Assembly: GCA_964634305.1 (NCBI GenBank)
Contig: CAZWLE010000001.1
Location: 78,120 to 142,119 of the forward strand
Length of the DNA: 64,000 nt
DNA from: an uncultured Candidatus Saccharibacteria bacterium
GTDB taxonomy: Bacteria; Patescibacteriota; Minisyncoccia; Phycocordibacterales; Phycocordibacteraceae
Direction: 5' to 3'
Below the pieces are notes generated by a model that ran no database searches, was not told the origin of the DNA, and worked only from the letters and a program-made list of their open reading frames with translations. Below, piece by piece: positions 36,857 through 49,000 of the stretch; position 1 is the stretch's first letter; every line of letters begins with the position of its first letter. Both the position numbers and the translations under genes were made by a program.

Positions 36857-37966
36857 ATGCGCCCGCTGAAAATCTCGGGAGATAGGCTCTTTTTTCTCAT
36901 CGTCGTCATTCTCGTCGTCGGTGGCGTCGCAATGTTTGCGTCGGCATCGCTTGGTCTTCTGGCACGTGCAGACGAATCTCCCCTCCGCCTTGCGTTCACG
37001 CAGCTCATGCTTGGGCTCGTGCCAGGCGTCATAGCGCTTCTTGCGCTCCGTTACATGTCTCCCAAGGCGATAGAGCGTTTTGCGCCTATTGTCTACGGAG
37101 GCGCCATTCTCCTTACGCTTCTCGTGTTTATTCCAGGCATAGGCCTCACGCTCAATGGAGCGACGCGCTGGATAAACCTTGGGTTTACTACTGTCCAGCC
37201 AGGCGAGTTCCTCAAAATAGGGGTCATCCTCATGCTTGCGTGGTGGCTTGCACGCGAACGCAGCAAACTCTCTGATTTCCGCTCTGGCCTTATCCCGTTT
37301 GGCATCATCGTGGGTCTGCCGTGTCTCATCCTCCTTGCGATGCCGAATACGTCGACCGCACTCGTTATTGGCGCGACTGCGCTTGGTATGTATCTGCTCG
37401 CGGGTGCGCCTTGGCGCGACATTCTCCTCATCATTGCTGCCGCTGCGCTCGTGCTTGCGATAGCAGTGTTCTCTCGGCCCTACCTTATGAGTCGCGTGAT
37501 GACGTATTTTGACCCTAGTCAGAACGCCCAAACCTCGAGCTACCAGATTCAACAGTCCCTTATAGCCATAGGGTCAGGCGGCATCATTGGTCGCGGGTTT
37601 GGCCAGAGCGCGCAGAAATTTAACTATCTGCCTGAGGCAGTAGGGGACTCGGTTTTTGCCGTGTACGCAGAGGAATTTGGCTTTATAGGGTCCGTCCTCC
37701 TAGTACTGCTGTTTGCAGGGTTTGCCATGCGTGGATTTGCGATAGCTGCTGACGCGTCTACTGCCTTTGGTGCCTTAGCCGCCACAGGACTAACCATGCT
37801 CATATCTATATCCGCCTTTTTAAACATAGGCGCGATGCTCGGTATCCTGCCGCTTACTGGCTTACCCTTACCGTTTGTGTCGCACGGCGGTACCGCGCTT
37901 CTTGCCGCGCTTGCCTCGGTAGGCATTATTTTGAACGTCGGCGCCCATCGAAAGAAGAAAGCCTAG
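36857..37966 (+). CDS. ftsW: SEDS-family peptidoglycan polymerase FtsW/RodA
   Basis: Multi-TM with RWINLG...QPGEFLKIGVILMLAWWLA. Confidence 0.85.
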   Translation: MRPLKISGDRLFFLIVVILVVGGVAMFASASLGLLARADESPLRLAFTQLMLGLVPGVIALLALRYMSPKAIERFAPIVYGGAILLTLLVFIPGIGLTLNGATRWINLGFTTVQPGEFLKIGVILMLAWWLARERSKLSDFRSGLIPFGIIVGLPCLILLAMPNTSTALVIGATALGMYLLAGAPWRDILLIIAAAALVLAIAVFSRPYLMSRVMTYFDPSQNAQTSSYQIQQSLIAIGSGGIIGRGFGQSAQKFNYLPEAVGDSVFAVYAEEFGFIGSVLLVLLFAGFAMRGFAIAADASTAFGALAATGLTMLISISAFLNIGAMLGILPLTGLPLPFVSHGGTALLAALASVGIILNVGAHRKKKA

Positions 37967-38003
37967 TTAGGTATTCACAATAAACATGTGGCGTTCATGA
38001 AGA

Positions 38004-38819
38004 GTGGGCAGCGGATGCTACACTTCATGGTATCTATCGGCACATGCTGGCGAACGCATGAATCTTTTTTCCCTACACAAACATGATCGTCGTATCACGC
38101 ATGTGTATTCGAATGCGACCGTACTTCCGAATCGCTATTCGTTCCGCTTGGTAAAGCGAGCGAGTGCCTACCCGGTTACTGAAACACCGCTTCCTGCGCC
38201 ATACGATATAGCGCCAATAGTAGTAAGCAGCGCACCAGAGCCCGCACCCATACCCGATGAGGCACCTGAGATAGTTACTACATTTGACGAACGTCCAGAG
38301 CTCGGAGCAAGCGTCGTTGACGACCAAAAGCGGATGTTCCTGAAGCTGGCGAGTGTCGTGGGTCTTGGCGTAGTGGCTGCCTCCGCGATTCCAGAAAAAG
38401 CGCAGGCATACGTTATGGGTAGTAGTCCTACCTCAGGCGTCGTCGGAATGAAGGATGCGACTAATACTCGTATTAATCCCGCTACTGAGGAAGCACTCCA
38501 GGCGATTCTGGAAGGTAATGCCGTATTGAAAAAGACCGTGAGTCTATCTGCGTCTGGAACTATCCATACCCCAGCCTCTGGGAAAAAAGTTCGTATCTAC
38601 AACACTAAGTTTTCACTTGATGCGAACGTTACCAGTGTCTCGTTCCGCTTTGCTTCGGGCGGAACTGATTTCGAAAAGTACATCTCGCCACGTACTGGCG
38701 GGCTGTACGGCACGAATAATCACCCGAACTACAAGGAGGGTGGGGTAGACGAGGTCGTATACTGCGTCATAAGCGGTAGCGCGAATGTGCAGATTAATAT
38801 TGATTATCTAGAGGTATAA
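38004..38819 (+). CDS. Hypothetical single-pass membrane protein; internal KR-M-F-L-K motif + hydrophobic core + AQA resembles a Tat-type signal
   Basis: DDQKRMFLKLASVVGLGVVAASAIPEKAQA occurs at residues ~100-130. The N-terminal 100 aa may be cytoplasmic, or the true start may lie downstream. Confidence 0.45.
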   Translation: MGSGCYTSWYLSAHAGERMNLFSLHKHDRRITHVYSNATVLPNRYSFRLVKRASAYPVTETPLPAPYDIAPIVVSSAPEPAPIPDEAPEIVTTFDERPELGASVVDDQKRMFLKLASVVGLGVVAASAIPEKAQAYVMGSSPTSGVVGMKDATNTRINPATEEALQAILEGNAVLKKTVSLSASGTIHTPASGKKVRIYNTKFSLDANVTSVSFRFASGGTDFEKYISPRTGGLYGTNNHPNYKEGGVDEVVYCVISGSANVQINIDYLEV

Positions 38820-38826
38820 TTTTCGT

Positions 38827-41235
38827 ATGGCTAAACGAGTCACCGAGCACACGTTCACTGGAGGTACGGTCATGTATGACGCGTATGATTCCACCAAGAC
38901 CGTTCTTGGCGATCTCATCCGTCAATACACCGGCGCTGCTTCAACAGATAAATTTGCCGGACCAGTTAAAGTTGCGGTTGCTCGCCCAAATGAAACATCA
39001 GTGGCGGTACCAGGTATCTATCCCCATGTGGTGCGGTGGGCCGATAAATCTGGGTACTACTCAACGGGTACCGTAGCAGTATCAGGAACTGCTGTAACCG
39101 GTACCAGCACTGCCTGGTTAACCGCAGGAGTACCCATCAACGCGCGTATTGGCTTTGGCACGACTGATCCTGTCGCAGTAACCACGTGGTACACCATTTC
39201 CGCCATTGCCTCAAACACCTCTATCACGATTGATACGACAGCAGGAACTATTGCGGGAGGTACGTCGTTTGTAATTGATATGAATTACAACATCGATTGG
39301 GTCTTCCTCGCTGACGCTGCGGCTGCGGCTGCCACTCGTCGTATCACCATGTTTGAATTCCGTCGTGGTACATCCGTATTTACTTGGAAGGGGTTTATCA
39401 CTCAAACCTACCCAACAGCTACTAACCACACCATAGCGGGTATGCGTGCTGTGTACGCACCCTACACAACCGGTACCGTTGCTGTATCTGGTGCAACGGT
39501 TACTGGAACGTCTACCTCCTGGAGCACTAACCGTATCAATATTGGATCGCGTATTGGCTTTGGCTCAACGGACCCTACTCAAATTTCGACCTGGTACTAC
39601 ATCAATGCCGTAGGCTCAGATACATCAATCACGATTCAAAATAACGTGACTGCGTCAGGCACGGGCGGTACTGCTTCAAACCTCACCATATCGGGCGGTA
39701 CGGCCTATGTGATTGAAGACTTGCGTGTTCTGACCTCAACAGTAAACGCCACAGCTACCAACGGCGGCCTCTTTATGACCCCTGGTCTCTCCTATGGTGA
39801 TTTCACCGCTGCCGGTACGACTATTGCCGCTGCGACAACGGTTGATAAGGTCAAAGCATGCTACTGGCTCGCTGACGCCTCAACCGTCACCAACGACGTG
39901 GCATCCGGTCTTGCTATTGACGACCAGGACAGTTGGACACAGCAGTACTGTTATGTGATTGAACGTCAAGCAGCGACAACTCCAGCAATATATAAATACA
40001 ATTTTCGTGTTGCGCTTGCCTCAATAACGTCTGGAAAAACTACTAGCGCCTTTGTACTTGCTACTGGTACTCAAAGCGTGACTGGTAACGTATCCCAAAC
40101 CAACAACGGTCGCATCGGCACGCTGCAGCATGGTCCTGGTATAGGAGTGAAATCGCTGTACTTTGCAACAACCACTCGTATCTATCGAGTCGCAGTCACG
40201 AATATTACCAACGCTTCTACGACTTTCCTTTCAGATGCTATGGTTGAAGTACCGACCGGAGGTACTAACACGTATGCTGCGACGGGTGCGTTAACAGGTG
40301 TTGAGATCTCTGACCAAATAGATCGTCTTGTCGTTACGTCGACAGGCGCTGCTGGTGTACGAAGTTATGTAACAAAGTACAACACTAACTCCGATCCGTT
40401 CGACCACATCTTCCTAGTCGATTCAAAACAGCTTGACCAATCAACTGCGGATTCTGATTCAGTTCCTCATCCAAACATTCAGGCAGGTATCATTAACGTA
40501 TGGTCTGAGGAAGGATTGACCTATATTTCTCGCACCGGTACCGCCTCAACGACGAACCATCTCTATGCAGTCCCTCTTGGCGCAGACTGGAGCTATGCGG
40601 ATGGTACGGTAAAGCAACGCCTTGTAACGCCTGAATTGGCTACCCCTAACGCCGTTAAGTATGTGCGCGCATATTTCAACAGCGCTCAGTACTTAGGTCT
40701 CGACAATCTCACCATTCCTACAGAACCAGTGCGCATGTATTACCGCACCTCGGGCATTAGTGATAACTCTGGAGCATGGACACTCATTGATCAAACAGGG
40801 GACATCACCGGAGTAGATGGGGCCGCGTCAATACAGTTTGCTCTAGAGTTCCGCGTTATTGGAACGTTCTGTCTTCCAAACCGTGTCTACAATGTCTGTG
40901 TCGTATATGAAGACGACACTACTGACAGTCACTATCAGCCGTCAGTGGCGAATTCCTCCACGGTTGATAAACGATTTGCGTGGCGCTTCTCAACCGCCTT
41001 TGGTGGCACTGTGCCAACCCTACGGGTACGTCTGTATAACGCTACATCAGGCGGTCTATTGGTTGACGACAATACAGCAAGTCCAACAGGTACGTTTGAG
41101 AAAAGCACCAACGATGGCGGAAGCTGGGGTTCCTACAACACCACTGACAAAGCAAACGACACTACCTACATTCGCTACACTCCTGCGTCCCTTGGTGACA
41201 ACATAAAAGTACGTGCGCTTTTGACTCTGGACTAA
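38827..41235 (+). CDS. Large Thr/Gly/Ser/Ala-rich beta-type protein (802 aa) with internal domain duplication; putative surface/structural protein
   Basis: Two ~150-aa repeats (TGTVAVSGTAVTGTSTAW...RIGFGTTDP...TWY.I.A..S.TSITI). No signal peptide and no catalytic motifs. Confidence 0.5.
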   Translation: MAKRVTEHTFTGGTVMYDAYDSTKTVLGDLIRQYTGAASTDKFAGPVKVAVARPNETSVAVPGIYPHVVRWADKSGYYSTGTVAVSGTAVTGTSTAWLTAGVPINARIGFGTTDPVAVTTWYTISAIASNTSITIDTTAGTIAGGTSFVIDMNYNIDWVFLADAAAAAATRRITMFEFRRGTSVFTWKGFITQTYPTATNHTIAGMRAVYAPYTTGTVAVSGATVTGTSTSWSTNRINIGSRIGFGSTDPTQISTWYYINAVGSDTSITIQNNVTASGTGGTASNLTISGGTAYVIEDLRVLTSTVNATATNGGLFMTPGLSYGDFTAAGTTIAAATTVDKVKACYWLADASTVTNDVASGLAIDDQDSWTQQYCYVIERQAATTPAIYKYNFRVALASITSGKTTSAFVLATGTQSVTGNVSQTNNGRIGTLQHGPGIGVKSLYFATTTRIYRVAVTNITNASTTFLSDAMVEVPTGGTNTYAATGALTGVEISDQIDRLVVTSTGAAGVRSYVTKYNTNSDPFDHIFLVDSKQLDQSTADSDSVPHPNIQAGIINVWSEEGLTYISRTGTASTTNHLYAVPLGADWSYADGTVKQRLVTPELATPNAVKYVRAYFNSAQYLGLDNLTIPTEPVRMYYRTSGISDNSGAWTLIDQTGDITGVDGAASIQFALEFRVIGTFCLPNRVYNVCVVYEDDTTDSHYQPSVANSSTVDKRFAWRFSTAFGGTVPTLRVRLYNATSGGLLVDDNTASPTGTFEKSTNDGGSWGSYNTTDKANDTTYIRYTPASLGDNIKVRALLTLD

Positions 41236-41238
41236 GCC

Positions 41239-41862
41239 ATGACTCCGATTACTAAGAGTGAACAGGTCGCTGATATAAAGGACTTGGTAGTCCTGACAGA
41301 TAGCGGCGAGTACGCAGATACTGATCTTATCCTCTGCGCTTCAACCGATGCGCCAACCATTGCTATTGCTCAGTATCAAGCACAATTCGTGAAGTATGGT
41401 GAAATGGTCTACCAGTTCGAAAAGCCAGAAGAGTTGGGGCAGGCTATCGTTGCACTTGATGCAGAGTCTACACATGACGCTGCGCAATTGTGGCGTGAAG
41501 AAGAGGCACGACGTATCGCACGAGAGCAGGGAACATTGACCCCTGCTGACCAAAGCCCTGCTCCTGATGCAGTCGTACCACCAGAACCTGAAGCAGAGCC
41601 ACAACCAGAAGAAGAGGTTGAATTTCTTAACGACCCGCCTGCACAAAACGCTACATCAACGCCACCGACCAGTGACCAACCGTCTGAACCGGAAATGCCA
41701 GTTATTGACGTCACTGATCCTCCTGAAGTACTAGGAACCACGACTCCTGACCTTCCACCCGTTGACCCAGACCCACTTCCACCTCCTATCACAGAGCCAG
41801 ACATTGTGCCTATTCCTGAACCAGAGGTAATAAGCAATACCAGTACTACCACTCCAGAGTAG
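41239..41862 (+). CDS. Hypothetical protein with globular N-domain and acidic Pro/Glu-rich disordered tail
   Basis: 207 aa; the tail is PEPEAEPQPEEE...PPVDPDPLPPPITEPDIVPIPEPE. Confidence 0.45.
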   Translation: MTPITKSEQVADIKDLVVLTDSGEYADTDLILCASTDAPTIAIAQYQAQFVKYGEMVYQFEKPEELGQAIVALDAESTHDAAQLWREEEARRIAREQGTLTPADQSPAPDAVVPPEPEAEPQPEEEVEFLNDPPAQNATSTPPTSDQPSEPEMPVIDVTDPPEVLGTTTPDLPPVDPDPLPPPITEPDIVPIPEPEVISNTSTTTPE

Positions 41863-41864
41863 CT

Positions 41865-42053
41865 ATGGCACTCACTGATATCAATTTCAACGAAGGTGAA
41901 GGGCAGGATTTTATCGTTGAACGACCTACCGGCACATTAGGAACACCGGTTGATATCCTTCTTACAGCAAACGCTGATGACTATCCGGTGCTTGAGACAG
42001 AACCAGTGGGTGGTGGCGGTGGGGGAGACGAAATCTTCATCATTAACGACTAA
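41865..42053 (+). CDS. Small hypothetical protein (62 aa) with G6 stretch
   Basis: A short ORF tightly packed (2-nt gap) after the previous gene. Confidence 0.3.
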   Translation: MALTDINFNEGEGQDFIVERPTGTLGTPVDILLTANADDYPVLETEPVGGGGGGDEIFIIND

Positions 42054-42076
42054 CGAGACTCTGCTATCCTACGGGC

Positions 42077-42808
42077 ATGGAGGACGCGGTCGGGTTTGCT
42101 GAAACATACGGTACCTATCTAGAGGAGCTGCGGGTTCGTCTATATCGGTTGGCTATTGTCTTTGTCGCTGCTTTTTTTATTGGCGTTGCCTCAACCGGCG
42201 TATTATTGCCATTCTTTGTACGCTTTCTTGCCATAGAGAACGTCACTATTATCACTACGTCTCCTTTTCAATTGCTTGAACTCGCCATGAATACGGGCTT
42301 CTTTGTTGCCCTTATCGTGACCATTCCGCTCGCATTTCATCAGGCATACACGTTTTTGCGCGACGGTCTTTTGCCACAAGAACGACGTATTATCTTTTTT
42401 CTGATACCGCTATCCCTAGGATTGTTTGCGGTAGGGTTCGCCTACGGTTTTGCGGTCATGTACTACGCCATACAATTCATCGCGAGTCTCAATACAACAT
42501 ATGGCATTACGAACCTATGGAGCATTACTCAGTTTATTTCCCAAATGCTCATTACCGCCGCGCTCCTTGGCTGCATTTTCCAATTCCCGGTCATTATTTC
42601 AGGCCTCGTGCGCCTTGGGGTATGTAGCGCGAACTTCCTGCGCCGTCATCGGCGAAGCGCCTATGCCTTGATATTCGTCTTCGTCGCTTTACTTCCCCCT
42701 ACCGACGGGCTATCGTTTCTTGTGATGTCCCTTCCGCTTATAGGACTATACGAGCTCACCATCATCGGTAACTCGTTTGGTCGACGGAAAGAACTCTTAA
42801 AAGCGTAA
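42077..42808 (+). CDS. tatC: Twin-arginine translocase subunit TatC
   Basis: 243 aa with 6 TM and a TatC-like topology and composition (FFV.F...G..F..P). Confidence 0.7.
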   Translation: MEDAVGFAETYGTYLEELRVRLYRLAIVFVAAFFIGVASTGVLLPFFVRFLAIENVTIITTSPFQLLELAMNTGFFVALIVTIPLAFHQAYTFLRDGLLPQERRIIFFLIPLSLGLFAVGFAYGFAVMYYAIQFIASLNTTYGITNLWSITQFISQMLITAALLGCIFQFPVIISGLVRLGVCSANFLRRHRRSAYALIFVFVALLPPTDGLSFLVMSLPLIGLYELTIIGNSFGRRKELLKA

Positions 42809-42819
42809 CCTTAGCACCT

Positions 42820-42978
42820 ATGTTTGGACTCGGTTCAAATGAGCTCATCATCATCGCAGTCATTCTTGTGCTCCTTTTTGGCGCAACAAGAATTCCTGCC
42901 CTCACTCGTGGGGTAGCGGACGCGATTCGCACGCTCCGCGGCGCATTCAAGGACGAGGACAAGAACAAGAAGGGCTAG
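42820..42978 (+). CDS. tatA: Twin-arginine translocase subunit TatA/E (52 aa)
   Basis: It is absent from the track (<60 aa). MFGLGSNELIIIAVILVLLFGATRIP has an N-terminal TM, a hinge, and an amphipathic helix (ALTRGVADAIRTLRGAF). Confidence 0.7.
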   Translation: MFGLGSNELIIIAVILVLLFGATRIPALTRGVADAIRTLRGAFKDEDKNKKG

Positions 42979-43064
42979 CGTTCGCTTGTTCAAGAACACC
43001 GCCACAGGAGCACTGTGGCGGTGTTCTTGTGTAGATGTGGAAATGATGAAGAAAAGGGGGGTGG

Positions 43065-46000
43065 GTGGGTGCTACCATAGCTACAGCCTCACGGCGGCAT
43101 TCCGTGCATATTCCATCTTTCACCACTGCACGTATTACGCGACTAAGCGCACTAGCGTTGGTTCTGTTCGCTGTACTTGCTGCAACGGCGTATGCCGCGT
43201 ATCCGCAGTACCTTCCCAACACGTCTGTCACCATCGGTGAATTTGTGTATGACGACGATTTTCAAGCAACCACCACTGCTGGCTGTACCGTCAGCGTGTA
43301 CGAGCCAGGAGGCAGTCTGTCAGTTAACGCTGCTTCTATGTCAGCTGACGCCAACAGCTGGTACTCGTACTCATTTACACCGTCCGGAGGGACGGTCGGT
43401 ATTTGGCGCACCGTCATGTCGTGTGGCTCCTCAGGAAATGGCAGTCTTATCCGTGCTGACAAGACCTTTGAGATTACCAACAACATCGTCTCATCGACCT
43501 CGGTCGCCGCACTCGTTAACACCAACACCAACACGGCCATAGCAACTGCCTCTTCTTCACTCTCAGCCACATTACCTGGGTCTATTTGGGCTTTCTCTGG
43601 AAGAACGCTGACGTCGTTTGGTACGTTGGTGTCTGACATCTGGGCAAACGGTACGCGTACGCTCACTGGTTTTGGCACGCTCGCGTCTGACGTATGGGGT
43701 GTCGCAACGAGAACGCTTACCGCTGCAACACTAAGCTCCGGTTCGCTCGCGACTCTCACTGACGTTCAGAACGCGTCGTCATCAGTAGTCACACTGGTAA
43801 ACGCCAATACTAATACAGCATCGTCATCGATAGCGTCGGTAGTAAATGCCAACACGAACGCCATTGTTGCAGTGGCATCATCCTCTCTAGCTGCGGTGAT
43901 AAATGCGAACACTAACGCATCCATCCTTACTGCTTCTACGTCACTTGGCACGTCGATTGCTTCTGTATCTACATCGATTACCAATATTCCAACAGCCGTA
44001 TGGGCATCGGGTACACGCACCCTAACCTCATTTGGCACGCTCGCGTCAGACGTATGGACGAGTGGTACGCGCACACTCACAGGCGCAGGTCTCACCTCAG
44101 GTTCACTCGCTACACAAACGGATGTGCAGAATGCATCGTCATCGGTAGTGACGCTCGTAAATGCTAATACCAACACTACCGTTAATACCGCATCCTCCTC
44201 ACTTGCGGCTGTTATTAACGCAAATACCAACCTGCAAGTCCTCACCGCATCCTCATCTCTTGGCGCATCAATTGCGGCTGTCGCATCCTCAATCACTAAT
44301 ATCCCAACGAATGTATGGGCTGCAGGTACTCGTACGCTCACGAGTTACGGCACGCTCGCGGCTGATGTGTGGACCAACGGTACGCGCACGCTTACCGGTG
44401 CCGGTCTCTCGTCTGGCTCACTTGCGACACAGTCTGACGTTCAAACTGCCTCCTCGTCACTTGGCTCAGCGGTTTCTGCAAGTACGGCGAGCGTAAATGC
44501 CAACACTAACTCCATTGTAGGTACTGCTTCGTCATCGCTCGCTGCCATCATTAACGCGAACACGAACCTTCAAGTCCTGACCGCATCAACCTCACTTGGT
44601 ACTTCGATTGCATCCGTAGCGTCTTCAATCACGAACATTCCAACCGCAGTCTGGGCTGCGGGTACCCGTACGCTCACTGGGTTTGGCACCCTTGCAGCTG
44701 ACGTCTGGACCAACGGCACGCGTACGCTTACCGGTGCGGGCCTCACGTCTGGTTCACTCGCTACACAAACGGATGTGCAGAATGCATCGTCATCGGTCGT
44801 AACGCTTGTAAATGCCAACACGAATACCACCGTTGGTACGGCATCTTCGTCGATAGCGTCTGTCGTGAATGCCAATACGAATGCACAGGTTCTTGCTGCA
44901 TCCTCGTCGCTTGGTGCAACTCTTTCAACCCTCTCAAGCTCTATATCAAACGTTCCTGCAGCCGTTTGGAATATTGCTACATCGACTCTCACCACACCAG
45001 GTTCTATCGGCAGGGTGCTTGCGCTTAACATCGATATTCCAATCTCTTCCGTTTCGGGCGGCGCTGGCATCACCGTTGCTGATATCTGGGCATATGGCGC
45101 ACGTACACTCACAAGCGCCGCACTCACCTCAGGTTCACTCGCTACACAAACGGATGTACAAAATGCCTCCTCGTCTGTCGTTACTCTTGTGAACGCAAAT
45201 ACCAACACGGCCTCCTCCTCAATCGCAGCGGTGGTGAATGGCACGATTGTTACTGCGTCGTCATCGCTTGGTTCAGCAATATCGGCAGGTACGGCAAGCG
45301 TAAATGCCAACACGAATGCAACGGTGCTGAACGCATCGTCGTCTCTTGCAACATCGATTTCTGGTATACCGGCAGCAGTATGGGCAGCTGGAACACGTAC
45401 CCTAACCTCCTTTGGTACGCTCGCAGCTGATGTATGGACGAACGGCACACGCACACTCACCGACGCTGGTCTTACTTCAGGTTCGCTTGCGACCCAATCT
45501 GATGTTCAGACCGCATCAAGCTCTCTAGGGGCTGCAGTCTCTGCAGGGACAGCAAGCGTAAATGCCAACACGAACGCAGTCGTTGGTTCCGCATCCTCTT
45601 CGCTCGCATCAGTTATCAATGCAAATACCAATCTCCAGGTACTCACCGCATCAACCTCACTTGGTACCTCTATCGCATCGGTTGCTACCTCAATCACCAA
45701 CATTCCAACCGCAGTATGGGCTGCGGGTACCCGTACGCTTACTGGATTTGGCACCCTCGCGTCTGACGTGTGGGCAGTTGGAACACGTACGCTCACGGGC
45801 GCTGGTCTTAGCTCCGGTTCACTTGCCACACAGTCTGATGTTCAGACCGCCTCCTCGTCACTTGGCTCAGCCGTTGCTGCTGGTACGGCGAGTGTGAACG
45901 CGAACACTAACAGTATCGTTGGCACCGCATCCTCCTCGATAGCAGCAGTGGTGAATGCCAATACTAACTCCGTCGTTGCCATCGCATCCTCCTCACTTGC

Positions 46001-49000
46001 CGCCGTCATTAATGCAAACACGAACGCAGCAGTCCTCACGGCTTCTACCTCACTTGGCACATCGATTGCATCCGTCGCAACGTCAATCACCAATATTCCA
46101 ACGGCCGTATGGGCCTCAGGTACTCGTTCTCTCACCACGTTTGGCACGCTCGCCTCTGATGTATGGGCCGTTGGTACACGTACCCTCACTGGCGCAGGTC
46201 TGAGCTCAGGCAGCCTTGCGACCCTTACTGACGTTCAGAACGCATCTTCATCGGTCGTAACGCTGGTTAATGCCAATACCAACACTACCGTCGGCACTGC
46301 CTCTTCATCGCTTGGTTCAGCGGTCTCTGCAGGAACCGCAAACGTGAATGCAACGGTCGCTACTGCATCGTCATCACTCGCATCAATCATTAATGCGAAC
46401 ACTAACCTTCAGGTACTGACCGCATCCTCATCTCTTGGTGCATCAATTGCGACTGTTGCGTCTTCTATAACAAATATTCCTACCAATGTATGGGCTGCAG
46501 GTACTCGTACACTCACGAGTTACGGCACCCTCGCGGCTGATGTATGGACGAACGGCACAAGAACGCTCACTGGCGCAGGTCTAAGTTCAGGTTCACTCGC
46601 AACACAATCAGACGTTCTTACTGCATCAAGCTCTCTCGGTTCAGCGGTATCTGCAGGAACCGCGAGTGTGAATGCGAATACTAATAGCGTCGTAGGCACT
46701 GCCTCGTCATCAATTGCATCGATAGTTAACGCAAACACTAATACTCAGGTCCTCACCGCCTCCACGTCACTCGGTGCTTCTATCGCATCCGTAGCGTCTT
46801 CAATCACGAACATTCCAACCGCAGTCTGGGCTGCGGGTACCCGTACGCTCACTGGGTTTGGCACCCTTGCAGCTGACGTCTGGACCAACGGCACGCGTAC
46901 GCTTACCGGTGCGGGCCTCACGTCTGGTTCACTCGCTACACAAACGGATGTGCAGAATGCATCGTCATCGGTCGTAACGCTTGTAAATGCCAACACGAAT
47001 ACCACCGTTGGTACGGCATCTTCGTCGATAGCGTCTGTCGTGAATGCCAATACGAATGCACAGGTTCTTGCTGCTTCCTCGTCTCTTGGCGCATCACTCA
47101 GCGCGCTCCCAACCGCTATTTGGGGCGTAGCAACAAGCACGTTGAATGTTCCTAACTCCATTGGTCTCGTACTCGCCACAAACATCGACCGCGCTATCTC
47201 AAGCGTTACTGGTGTGGGAGGAGGCCTCAGCGCGGCTGATGTATGGGCATACGGTACCCGCACACTCACTGGCGCATCCCTTACTTCAGGCTCACTTGCC
47301 GTTCAGTCAGATGTACTCACTGCTTCCTCATCGCTTGGTAGTGCAATTACGAATAGTCAGACCGCAATCAATAGCAATACCGACACAACGGTCGGGACGG
47401 CATCGAGCTCCATCGCTGCAGTGGTGAATGCAAACACCAACTCAGTCGTACAGGCAGCATCTTCATCGCTTGGGATTTCACTTTCCAGTCTTGCGTCAGC
47501 CGTTGCCGCGGTACCAGTAGGGGTGTGGGCAAACAGTACTCGTTCACTCACGACGTTCGGCACCCTCGCGTCTGATGTATGGGGTGTAGGTACTCGTACG
47601 TTGACCGGTGCTGGTCTCTCGTCTGGATCACTTGCAACACAAACTGACGTACAGACTGCCTCAAGCTCGGTCGCTGCAGTCGTAAACGCAAACACGAATG
47701 CTGCTATTAGCACTGCATCATCGTCAGTAGCATCAGTCGTTAATGCCAATACCAACGCGAGCGTACTAACTGCGTCTACATCGCTCGGTACATCGATCGC
47801 ATCGGTCGCAACGTCTATCACCAACATTCCAACCGCGGTCTGGGCAGCAGGCACCCGTACGCTTACTGGATTTGGCACCCTTGCAGCTGACGTCTGGACC
47901 AACGGTACGCGCACGCTTACCGGTGCCGGTCTCTCGTCTGGCTCACTTGCGACACAGTCTGATGTTCAAACAGCTTCTTCATCGCTTGGCTCAGCGGTTA
48001 CTGCCGGTACGGCGAGTGTGAACGCGAACACTAACAGTGTCGTTGGCACCGCATCCTCCTCTGTTGCGTCAGTCGTGAATGCAAACACAAACGCAACGGT
48101 TCTCGCTGCGTCATCATCTCTTGGCCTGTCCCTCTCAACGATTTCTTCGTCCATCACCGGCATCCCAACTGCGGTATGGGGCGTGGCTACCTCAACGCTT
48201 TCAACACCAGGGTCGATTGGTCGCGTACTCTCAGAAAACATCGACATTCCACTCTCTACTATTTCAGGTGGGGGAGGAGCTACCGCAGCTGACATCTGGG
48301 CGTACGGCGCACGCACACTCACAAGCGCTGCGCTCACGTCAGGCGCTATCGCTACCCAAAGCGACATACAGACCGCATCGTCATCTATCGCTGCAGTCGT
48401 GAATACGAATACGTTCACGACGGTCTCTAATGCGTCGTCATCCATTGCTGCAGTCGTTAATACAAACACGGTCGCTGCAGTACAAACTGCTTCAACCTCT
48501 CTCGGTGCTTCAATTTCAAATATTCCAAACGCGGTATGGAGTGCAAGTACCAGAACCCTCACGTCGTTTGGCACCTTGGTTAACGACATATGGAACTTCG
48601 CAACGCGTACACTCACGACCAGTACATCAGCAACCTGGAGTATGTCGCTCTCTGGCTCTAAGAATGTTCTTGCAGGTACGGCATATCGCGCCACGGTAAC
48701 GCTTTCAAATGACGGAAATCTTGAAGACCCATTGGCTGCACCAACGATTACGATTTATGACAGCAATCGTGCAGCCGTCGTCACTAATGCTGCAATGACG
48801 CATGCAGGTACTGGTATCTATCAGTACACGCTCACTACCTCAGGCAGTGCATCGGAAGGTGCATGGGAAGCACTCGTTACCTCAAACGTTGAGAGCGGAA
48901 AGACGCTCACGAGTTCTGAGTTCTTCACGCTCTCAACCGCACCAGCGCAGGTGCTCATCCAGTCGATGGCATCCACCACCGTGCCAAACATTGCCGCAAA

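Noticed and set aside
38004-42053. Prophage remnant interpretation of the Thr-rich proteins
   Set aside because: There is no integrase, terminase, portal or capsid gene, and no flanking att-like repeats with a tRNA. The operon-like packing with tatAC and the dockerin gene favours a surface-assembly island.
42986-43240. ORF 42986..43240 (+) overlapping the start of the giant gene
   Set aside because: It is in a different frame from the giant ORF and Cys-rich by chance in a G-rich region. It competes with the SD-GTG start of the far better supported 2140-aa ORF.
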